A DNA stretch of 64,000 bases, from NCBI GenBank assembly GCA_963826525.1, contig CAWGXH010000004.1, forward strand, positions 64,001 to 128,000, written 5' to 3'. This stretch comes from an uncultured Methanomicrobiaceae archaeon. GTDB taxonomy: Archaea; Halobacteriota; Methanomicrobia; Methanomicrobiales; Methanoculleaceae. Position 1 is the first letter of the stretch; every line of letters starts with the position of its first letter. The notes under the pieces were generated by a model. The model did no database searches and was not told where the DNA came from. It saw nothing but the letters and a program-made list of their open reading frames with translations. A program made the translations under genes and the position numbers. Positions 54,459-64,000 of the stretch are shown here, piece after piece.

Positions 54459-57400
54459 ATGCCTTTTACCCAAAGGAAGAAAACGACCTGCAGAAAGAAT
54501 AGCGACCTCAAACCGAAAGAATGTTGTGTTCATGTCGTCGCGGCACTGGATCAGCACCTGACGATCCCGATCCAGGGACGGCTCACCCAAACAGACCTGT
54601 TTCAGGCCCTGGGCGGCATGGCCGCGATGAATCAATCCATTCACTCGATCACCGGGTTTTTGGAGCACGTACCCTGTGAGACGTCGTTTCACTACCATCT
54701 GAAGAAACTCAATATGGGCGAGTTAGAGCAGAAGAGCACTGCTATCCTCACCCACTTCGTGCACCACGTCCTGAAGCCCGGGAAGTCGTATCAGTTCGCG
54801 ATCGACTACACCAACGATCCGGTGCGACAAGAAGTTGTATCGGGGATTGCGGGTCAATCCGCCACCCTATCCGTTTGGGGTGTCCCTACTGTGGCATGCG
54901 CTCTTGGTTAACAGGAGGGTGTGAAGCCCACGGGACAACGCGGAGAAGAGCAGAACCCTGATCTGCTCCATCTGCAAGGGAAACGACGCCAGGGAGAAGC
55001 AAACGCTGAATCATCGAAAGGATCGTTATGGTGAACAAGTGAAAACAGGGTGTTACACTTGGGCCAAAATGGCAAGGAATCAGGCTATTCCGTTAGGATC
55101 ACGGAACAGCAAACGGACGAGCGGTTCCCGGTCTAAAGATGGCTCCTACAGCGTCATTGAGTATCCTCGATACAGAACTTGGAAACCCGTATCCGCCCCT
55201 CGGAAGAGGTATGGAGGTCGTGAGGCCGATAAACGGCGGAGACGGAACAGGATGTCCCAAGAAGCGAATGCCTGCCGGTAACAGGCAGGATAGAGGCAGT
55301 TGCCTCGACCTGAAAGGGTGCTGACGTGGGACAGGTGTTTCACAGCAAAGAAGGGAGGTATACCCGTGAAAGTATGTCATTCAACGACGCCGAACGGCGA
55401 GAAGCATACTGACAAGGAACTCGCCCGGCAATGGAACTCCATTGACTGGGAGAAAGTGGGCTCCGATGTTAACGGGCTACAGACCCGGATTGCAAAGGCA
55501 ACGCAAGAAAGAAAATGGAATCTGGTAAAACGACTCAGTTACCTGCTGACACATTCGCATGCGGCAAAATTGCTATGCAGTACGGATTGTCACGCAGAAC
55601 AAGGGAAAACGCACCCCGGGTGTCGACGGCGAACTCTGGACAACCGCATCGGCGAAGATGCGAGCCGCCCTCAGTCTCACCGATAAACAATACCGGGCGC
55701 AGCCACTCCGCCGTGTCTACATCCCGAAACCTGGGAAGACGACGAAACGTCCTATCTCAATCCCGACAATGTACGACCGGGCAATGCAGGCGCTCTACGC
55801 ACTGGCTCTCCAGCCGATAGCAGAGACAACGGCAGACCCCCGCTCGTTTGGGTTTCGGCTCTTCCGGTGTGCGCAGGATGCGTCACGCTATGCATTCACC
55901 TGCCTCATGAGGCAAGGCTCGACACCGTGGATCCTGGAGGGCGACATCAAAGGGTGTTTCGACGCCATCGCCCACGACTGGCTCCGGGAGAATATCCCGA
56001 TGGACCGGTCGGTGATGACCCAATTCCTGAAAGCCGGGTTCGTCTTCGAGACGACGCTCTACCCTACGGACAAAGGCACGCCCCAGGGCGGGATAATCTC
56101 TCCCATCCTTGCCAACATGACGCTTGACGGGATGAGAAGATTCTCGCTGCACGCCTTCCAAAGACGAACGTGCACTTCATCCGCTACGCGGATGATTTCC
56201 TGGTCACGGCTCCGACGAAGGAGATAGCAGAAGAAGCCCGGGATGTCCTCCGGGAGTTCCTCGCAGAACGGGGTCTCGAACTATCCGGGGAGAAGACGGT
56301 GATTACCCATATTGACGACGGGTTCGACTTTCTTGGATACAACTTCCGGAAATACGAAGGAACGCTCCTGGTAAAGCCGTCCCGGAAGTCAGTCAAGGCA
56401 ATCTCGGAAAAGATCAAGGCGATCGTCAAAAAGGCACGAGCCTGGACACAAGACCGCCTGATCATGGCCTTGAACCCGGTTATCCGGGGCTGGTCAAATT
56501 ACCACCGCCACAACGTGGCCAAGGGGACATTCGGGTTTCTTGACCGCTATGTATGGGCAGTTACTTGGAAGTGGGGCAAACACCGACACCCCAATAAAGG
56601 GCACAAATGGATAGCCCGGAGATACTGGCACCCGGAAGGGAACAGAAACTGGGTATTTCGGACAGAAGAGAACACTCTCCTGTTGTTCGAAGACATAACC
56701 ATCCGGAGACACACTATCCCCAGACTGACTGCAAACCCCTATCTCGACAGGAACTACTTCCTTGACAGAAGAGAACGCATGAAGAGACAGACTCCGTGGA
56801 TTCAAACCAAACTTTCTTTCTTCGCTCTGCCGCCCGAAAATCGGGTAGTGGAATGCATGAGCGTACTGCGGTGAAAGCCGCACGGTGCGTTCTTGGAAGG
56901 GGGGAAGGTGGTAACATCTTCCCCCTATTCGACTACTACGGAACGACCTCTGGGGAGAACGAACCCTTTATCATCCGAAGCAAACGCAAGAAATCGACGA
57001 ACGAGTTCTACTCCTACGTCACCCTCTACGTGACCACCAAAGACCGGTAGATGACGCTGGCCGTGTACCCGGTGCGTCAGGGAATCTCAAAGGTCGGCTA
57101 CATCGCCCGGTGCCTTGACCGGATCGCCGAGCTTGGTCTTGTCATCGAAGCACTCTGCCTTGACCGGGAGTTCTACACCCGGAAGGTCTTCGGGTTTCTG
57201 ACCCGGACGCAGGTGCCGTTCATCGTTCCTGTCAGGAAACACGGCAAACGGATGAAAGAACTGCTCCAGGGGACGCAGTCCCGATATGCCGAATACCGGA
57301 TGAAAGCCAAACCACCACTTCTTCTGACTATCGCGGTTGCGGTGAAGTATGCCAAGGGAAAGCGAGGTAAGCATGGCGTCGAAAACCTGGGATACGTCAC

Positions 57401-57731
57401 CGGCAATCTCCAATGGAGCCCACATCGTGTGCACCAGACCTACCGATCCCGGTTCTCGATCGAATCGTCCTACCGGATGCGCAACCAGGTGAAACCAAGG
57501 ACGAGCACGAAGAATCCGGTGATCCGCTATCTCTATGCTATCATCTCTTTCCTTCTGAAGAACGTCTGGACCGCTTTATTGTGGAAGCACTTCTCTCCGG
57601 TGAAACAGGGGCCGAAAACCATCGAAATGCGCGTCTTCCGATTCGACTGCTTCATTGTCATAATCTGGGAAGCGATCCGAGCATCAATGGGGATGGTAAA
57701 AGGAATCCCCGTGCTAAGGCACCCGGTTTAG
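54459..57731 (+). CDS. ISH3 transposase, join(54459..54821,56934..57731), with in-frame TAG at 57048-57050
   Basis: Spliced sequence restores AIDYTNDP|YYG; CLDREF and YRSRFSIESSYR complete the DDE triad. Confidence 0.88.
54822..56933 (+). ncRNA. Group II intron (IIB-like), 2112 nt
   Basis: 5' GTGCGA; domain V GAGCGTACTGCGGTGAAAGCCGCACGGTGCGTTC (56859-56892); domain VI hairpin with bulged A at 56927; 3' end ...ATTCGAC. Confidence 0.93.
55366..56874 (+). CDS. ltrA: Group II intron reverse transcriptase/maturase without an HNH domain (frameshifts near 55575 and 56140)
   Basis: WNSIDW..LQTRIAKA, GKRTPGVDG, RRVYIPK, DIKGCFD, GTPQGG, RYADDF, GFDFLG and LNPVIRGWSNY. Confidence 0.92.
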
Positions 57732-58198
57732 AGAAAGGAGTGTGGAGCGAAGGAGAACCGAAGAAGCGAGGAGGAGAAGTTAGCGAAGTACTGGGACTGG
57801 CGGTTTACCGGGATACATGTCGAAAATGTGCAGCGTGACGTCGGCTGCTGCACCGTCGGCCATTTCATCAAGAGAAGTGCATCATCGGGAGCACCGATGC
57901 CCGTGAAGATCGTCCGGATACCCTCCCCCGTACGGTGGTATTCCGGGGGGTCAGTCTCTGGAAAGAGCGCTTGCATCGTAGAAGGTCCTTTGACACTTCA
58001 ATCCCGCTCGATAGTCATTTGTCGCTAAAGCGGTTGTACTATAAATCTGCCCTGAATTCAGCCTCGATTTGAGGAAGTATCCCGCCGCCGTCCCGGTTTG
58101 CACTCCAGCATATTGATGTTCTGGGTCACTGTTTTCTGATGCCCTTGAAGGCAGATCGCCCTGCCCTGCACCTGACAATACAGTGCCTCCGGGCTCCT

Positions 58199-59421
58199 TT
58201 ATTCGCCGTCAACGCGGGAAGACCTGCCGGATCCCCGGATATTGTTGCTCTTGCTCTCACCGACCAGCATCTCCAGGAAGTCCTTGAGCTTTTTCATCTT
58301 CACCGACCAGTCGAGGTGCTCTTCGGCGTAGCGGCGCATTTCCTGCGGGTGGTTGGGGTTGGCGCCGACCTCCCTTGCGAACGCGAGGACCTGCTCGACA
58401 TCAACGGCACTCTCGTCGGCGGGGAGGTAGCAAATGTAGGGAAAATCGGAGGAAAAGTCAGGATCAGCACATGCAATGATATACGGGATCCCCCGGGCGC
58501 AGTATTCCCGTCCCTTCAACTCGGATGTCTGTGTCAGCCCTTTCCTGTGGATACCAAGGCTCCCGACTGCGACATGGCACTGATCGAATAGGGCATCGAG
58601 GGCCTCGCCGGTCAGAAATCCGTGGAAGACCACACGACCGGTGATGCCGAGGTCGGCGGTAAGTTCCCGGAGGTGAGGCAGTTCCGTGCCGTCGCCGGCT
58701 ATATGGAGAGTGACTTCCGGTTTCCCGTTATAGGTGGCGAGACCTTGAAGGAGCCGGTCGAGCCCGTGCCAGTGGCTGACGCTGGCGACACACAGGAAGC
58801 GGAAGTCTGTCTTCGTTTTGGCGTGGAGCCTGTCTTACGGGGACTGACTTGACCACAAAGCCGTTTCCCAGCGTGAGATGCGGCTTCGCCGGATCTCCGG
58901 CACAGGCGATCTCATATCCGGTGATCTCATCGGTGACACCGATAATTGCATCGGATTGCCGTTTAAGTAATTTTCCAAAGAGTAACTCGCACCAATAACT
59001 GAGAGCGCTGTCATACAGTTTGAATTCATCCAGCTCCTTTGTCTGGTGCTCCGTCACAACTCTGCAGGCTCTCAACTGCTTGAGGTAGTTCTTCGGGAAA
59101 TATAGAGGGAACGGGTTGAGATATCTGCAGGTACAGCACCTCGTCGGAACCCAGAGAATTTACCGTTTCACCGAATATCCTGCTGATCTTACGAGCACGC
59201 TTGATCCGCCCAAGGATATCGTTCACCGGAATCGGATCGGTTGTATAGGTTGTCAGGAAGTTGTATGGGGGGTAGCGGACGCCTTCATCATGGACGATCA
59301 CCAATTCAACATCCAGTCCAAGTCGCCTTAATTCCGATACCTGGCTGAATAATTTCTTATACACCCCCTCGGTGGGGTTTTGCCCCCCGAACATGAAATA
59401 TTTTAGTTTCAACGTATCCAC
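58199..59421 (-). CDS. Glycosyltransferase family 4-like (several frameshifts)
   Basis: GVYKKLFSQ, EHQTKE, WHGLDRL and SELKGREYCARGIP across stitched frames. Confidence 0.82.
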
Positions 59422-59501
59422 CAGACGGCCGGTATCCGGTACCTTGAGATAAATAGTCTTCTAAACCCGAACGAATCGTTGACAATATTGCAGCAACGCA
59501 A

Positions 59502-60679
59502 TTAAATCTCTTCGAACACGTCTCTCCACCGGGCAACCGCGCGTTCAAACGTGAAATTTTCCTCCACAAACCACCTCCCGTTTTCCACAACTCGCTCCAG
59601 ATCCGGGAAGTTCAGCGCCCGGACCACGTTCGCTGCAATGCACCCAGATGTGTTGTTCTCCATAAGAAACCCGGTTCTTCCGTCCGCAATAACATCCGGT
59701 ATCGCTCCGACCGGTGTCGCGAGCACCGGAGTCCCGCAGGCCATCGCCTCAAGCAGGATATTCGGAAGGCCTTCAAAGTGAGACGGTATCACTAGGAGGC
59801 GGATGGCATTCAGGTACCCGGGCAGATCCCGGTTCTCTATCTTCCCCGTCTGCAGGACTCTTTCAGCAACACCTCCCCGCCTGATCGACGATGCGATAGC
59901 GCCGCCGAGGTCCCCATCGCCGATGATGACTGCTCTCTCCCCCGGTCGATCTGCGAGGAGGAGCGGGAGGGCGTCTGCGAACTCGAGGACGCCCTTTTCT
60001 TCAGAAAGCCGCCCAACGTATCCCACCAGAAACTGCCTGTCGCGGAGCGGGGTCATCGGCGCGAAGGTATCGACGTCGACGAAGAGGGCCCCGGAACGTG
60101 CCCTGCCGGTGTACCCAGCAAGGCCGTAGAGCGGGATCGTTCCGGGCTCTCAGGGACGACCCTGCTTGCCAATCTGTAGGTGAACTGTTCGACCGAACGG
60201 AAGAGGGTGACCTTGAGCGGGCTATATCGCTTCCGGTCGCGCTGCACAACCTGGGACGGCCTCCCATCGGTTCTGACGATTGCCTTCCGGCCGAATGCCC
60301 GTACCAGAAGGATCGGGATGAGGGAGAGATCAGAACCAAAGGCAAAGACGACAGGGGAGTTGCCCGTTTGGAGGAGCGAGGAGGAGACCCGAAGCTGATG
60401 AAGAAAATGGTACCCGAGGTTCATGAGGAGTGACTCCTCCACAAGTCGGTCCGGTATCTCTACCACCCGAACGCGGTCGTCCGCATAGTCGATGCCCCCT
60501 TCCCTCGTCGCGACCCAGGTTATCCCGCCCGATAACTGCTTGAGGATCGCGAGGAGTTTCACCGTTGGGTGGAGGGTCTGACCCGCATCCCACCGCCCGG
60601 TGACGAGGACGATCCCGCCCGATACTCCGTGACAATCACCAGTTCCATTACCATCTGCGTCGCACATGATCCCCATCAC
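59502..60679 (-). CDS. Glycosyltransferase family 4 (frameshift near 60130)
   Basis: YVGRLSEEKG, PSHFEGLPNILLEAMACGTP. Confidence 0.87.
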
Positions 60680-60709
60680 ACTCCTTCGCCGGTTCCATCA
60701 CAGTGATGA

Positions 60710-61859
60710 TCATACCCCTTTCGACTTCACCACTCTTCGATAGAGGGATTCGACGTTTTGTGTGGTCGTCTGGATGGACAGGCTCTTATGGAGTTTGGCG
60801 TATCCGTTCTGACCGTGACAGCAGCGTAAGGAGTCGTGCTGCAGGTATTCTCTCAAGGCAGCCTGCCAGATCGTATGGATCTGGTTGTACCGTGAGGCCA
60901 GAATCCTGTAAAAGGTCTTTTATCCCGCAATTTTCAGTTACGATGACCGGCTTTTTGAATGCCCATGCTTCAAGCACTGCGATAGGAAAAGCCTCATAAT
61001 ACGATGGCAGAACATAGATGTCCGAATCGCGATACGCTGCAAATTTAGCCCTGCCGTAAAGTGGGCCCGTAAAGAGCACGTTACTGCAGAGTTTGAGTTC
61101 TCTTGCAAGTGCTTTCAGTCCCGGCAATGACCCGTCTTCAGGGCCTGCGATGACCAGCCTGCAATTCTCGACCTCCTTTAAAACTATCTCAAAGGCACGG
61201 AGTAGCAGATCTATGCCTTTAATCGGGTGCAATCTGCCCAGAAACAGGATTACGTGTGCGCCGGAAGGGATATCATAAAGCGCCCTGAACTCACCCTGCC
61301 GTGGGATATCCTCGGTACTCCGACAGATCAAGACCGTTAGCGATGATGTGAATTTTATCTTCATTCACTCCTTTTTTTAGAGCCTGTTCCGCTTCTGTAG
61401 AGGTCAACGCAATGACTCCTTCAGCATTCCGGAGGATCGTATCCCCCAGACTCTATCGTAGAGTTGTTTTAATCCCTCCTTCTCAACCATCCGGGGCAGT
61501 GAGCCGTGCGGTTGAACGAGATACGGAATGCCATGCTTTTTTGCGTATGTAGAGACGACGGTGTTCTGATACGATCTAAAGTTATGCAAGTGGACGATAT
61601 CGTACTTTGAGATATTCGAGCGTAACCATCCTTTTATCCCCGGGGAGTAGAGGAACAACCCCAGGTTGGAGATCCGCTTGAACGGTATCACTTCGACGTT
61701 TCTAAGGGACCGGGCGTAATCCTGGTCATACCTGTAGTCTGTTGTTATGATAGTGACTTCATGGCCTTTTCTTGCAAGCCAGTGCGAGAGGTGGTACGGC
61801 ATAGCAACGGATCCGCCAAGGGCGGGTGTAAAAAAGGGGATTACTTGCAGTGCCTTCAT
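60710..61859 (-). CDS. Glycosyltransferase family 4 (several frameshifts)
   Basis: MKALQVIPFFTPALGG, QPHGSL, FLGRLHPIKG and LPSYYEAFPIAVLEA. Confidence 0.87.
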
Positions 61860-61914
61860 CGATGCAACCCCCCCAGATGCGATCCGTTCCGGAGATATGC
61901 TCCGGGGAGCATCC

Positions 61915-62915
61915 TCATCGGGATACCCTCTTCAGGTCCGATACCACTTCCTGTTCGCGGGAGTTCCTTAACAGTGCGGCCAGCCTGTAGATGGGCGGCG
62001 AGAGCGGCGAATCCATGACAAGTTTCGCCAGGAGGTCGCTCCGAAAAAGAAGGCCGGAGAGGCGGTCGACGAATGTTTTCTCAACGGAGAAATCCTGCCG
62101 GTACTGTTCCCAGCCATCGTTCAGGTTCACGTCGGCAAGATCGGCGGTGCCCAACCCTTCACGCTCTGCAACGACAATGTGGTCGATATCCTGCGGGTCA
62201 AAACCCATAAGCCGGGTTCCCAGAGCATCGGCAACGACCGGATTATTCGAGGAGAACAGGAAATCAAGCTCTTCAGGAGTCCCGAACATGGGACAGTGCC
62301 CATCGAGACCATAGGTTCCGTCGACAACCACCAGTTTGGGGTTTATAACCCTGGTTAGCAGAGTCAGCGCTTACGAGCGAGGTCGGTATGGTGAAGGCAC
62401 CGCATCGCATCCGGATAACACCCCCAGAGGTTTTTCATCCTCAGGGTAATTGTGGTCATTACATGGACCTTGAGGACTGGCAACGACACAAAACAGTCGA
62501 TATCGTCCAGAAGGAGAGTTGGAACCTGGACCGTCACCGTTTTGCCCTGAATCGTATCCTCGACGTACCGGGAGGGTGAGGCAGAGAGGTTGATCCGTTC
62601 CGCTCCGACGTCTCGACAGATGTCGTCCACTCCATGTCCCTTAAACGCATCATCCGCCGTATACGAATGGTTCCCTCCGTCAGACTCCCCTATGACGACC
62701 TGATCGCAGCGATCTTTCAAAATCCCGCAGAGAGCGCAAAGAACCTCCGGATTTGTCGTGATACCTGCCTTGTAATATGGGTAGGTAAAATTCGGTTTGA
62801 TAAATACCTGGGAATCAGATCGAACGGCATTCCTCCACCCGATGAAATCGAGGCTTCTCCGGATATCGTCTTCTAAATCGGAGATCCGTGAGATGTAAAC
62901 CGAATAATCGGTCAT
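61915..62915 (-). CDS. DUF362 domain protein (frameshift near 62365)
   Basis: FIKPN, TTNPEV, GESDGG, LPVLKVH, MKNLWG, VVDG and NPVVAD. Confidence 0.85.
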
Positions 62916-63085
62916 CCTGATGACCTCCTGCTGGACACGTCACCGGCGACGCAATAGTTCTCTGTCGCCGGGGCTGTCGGGCTCCTACTGAGGGATATAA
63001 TTCTCGTTACGATCATAGATCCAGTACCGGTCACGATTCATGGTGTTCAACCTCCAATGTCTTTTTGTTCCGCGAAGGGAGGCGG

Positions 63086-64000
63086 TCATCTCGCGAAGAG
63101 ACCGTCTCCGTCCAGGGTCTGAAAGATCTGTTCATACAGAGCGACATTCCGTTCCAGGCTCATGTTCCTCTCCAGATAGTCCCTGCCGTTGCTCCCCATG
63201 GTCTCGCGGGCAGGGGCATTCTCCTTGAGGTGAATGATTGCGGACTGTATGCTCTCAATGTTCCCGGGTTTTGCAACAATCCCGCATTGTGCCTCCCGTA
63301 TGACATCGGCGGTCTCGCTTCCCTCTGCGACCATGGCAATGATCGGCTGATTGCAGGCCATGAGGTTGACAGTCTTACCGGGCAGACAGGGAGGCTCTCA
63401 TCCGCTCGTCGAGCGAGATGAATGAGGCATCTGAAGAGTTAATCAGGTTGAAATACTCGGTGCGGGGTAAAAGGGGTAAAAGCCTGGCGTTGCTGATGTT
63501 TTCCTGTCGCACCCTCTCTTCGAGATGCTGTTTTTCCGAGCCGTCCCCTGCGATATAGAATAGGATGTCGTCGTGTTCCTGCAAGGTCTTCGCGGCATCG
63601 AGGATGTTGTCAATACCCTGGTACGGGGAGAGGATCCCCGCGTAGGAGATCAGGAATTTATCCTTGATACCCTCTCGTTCTTTTAGATCCCTCCTCTGGA
63701 CGAGACTGTTGAGTTCGGAGAGGGACACCGAGTTGAAAACATGGGTGACCTTTTCCGAATCGGCACCTCGTTGTCGCACATATTCGATGCCGCCACATGA
63801 GAGGACGGTGATATGGTCGGCATGCCTGTACGCTTCACGTTCGATGTGCTCCAGTATCTTGATCATCACAGGGTTTTTCAATACCCCGACATCAGTAAGT
63901 TCCTGGGGATGAAAATCCTGGAAATTAAGGACTGAAGGGGTACCATCGTAGCGCTTAATCTTCTTTGCGAGGTAGTAGCAGGGGAAGTGGCGGTACATAC
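63086..64000 (-). CDS. Glycosyltransferase family 4 (WbuB-like), 5' end outside the window, frameshift near 63380
   Basis: NFQDFHPQ, YAGILSPYQG, GDGSEK and MACNQPII. Confidence 0.85.

Larger units (their letters stand above)
54364..57793 (+). mobile_element. ISH3-family insertion sequence carrying a group II intron
   Basis: 17-bp IRs CAGTAGTTCGCTAATTT and AAGTTAGCGAAGTACTG (2 mismatches); flanks AGACT and GGACT (imperfect 5-bp duplication). Confidence 0.9.

Noticed and set aside
47392-56874. Diversity-generating retroelement (RT near two near-identical repeats)
   Set aside because: The few repeat differences are not adenine-specific, both copies are coding and far longer than TR/VR pairs, and the RT lies inside a full group II intron
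62940-63042. Tiny minus-strand ORF behind a strong SD, perhaps a relic gene
   Set aside because: Too short and no reliable homology by eye
7782-63400. Programmed frameshifting or phase variation as the cause of split genes
   Set aside because: Breaks are not at long homopolymers or slippery sites and also hit housekeeping genes; sequencing error is more parsimonious

Overview
Archaeal methanogen DNA, most likely Methanomicrobiales (Methanoculleus-like), judged from the porCDA genes, methanogenesis marker 12 and an RFA-P synthase. The first ~7 kb is a GC-rich housekeeping block: pyruvate:ferredoxin oxidoreductase subunits, hxlB, marker 12, an SDR epimerase, COG2426, apgM and a chorismate-lyase-like/RFA-P synthase fusion. 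The remaining ~57 kb is a mosaic cell-surface polysaccharide/glycan island. It holds about 8 GT4 and 1 GT2 glycosyltransferases, two Wzx-like flippases, two GT-C/Wzy-like membrane proteins, a DegT aminotransferase, an epimerase, DUF362, three FemAB-like GNAT proteins, a polysaccharide deacetylase, a C45 Ntn-hydrolase, an Asn-synthetase-like ligase lacking the N-terminal Cys, and four secreted beta-helix proteins. Mobile DNA is abundant: an intact TnpB-only IS605-family element, a decayed TnpB, a stack of three IS pieces, and an ISH3 element whose transposase is split in frame by a complete group II intron just after the first catalytic Asp. Many genes, including housekeeping ones, carry single-base frameshifts that are probably long-read assembly errors, so pseudogene status generally cannot be judged. 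No rRNA, tRNA or CRISPR array was seen. All family assignments come from motif recognition by eye; no database search was run.
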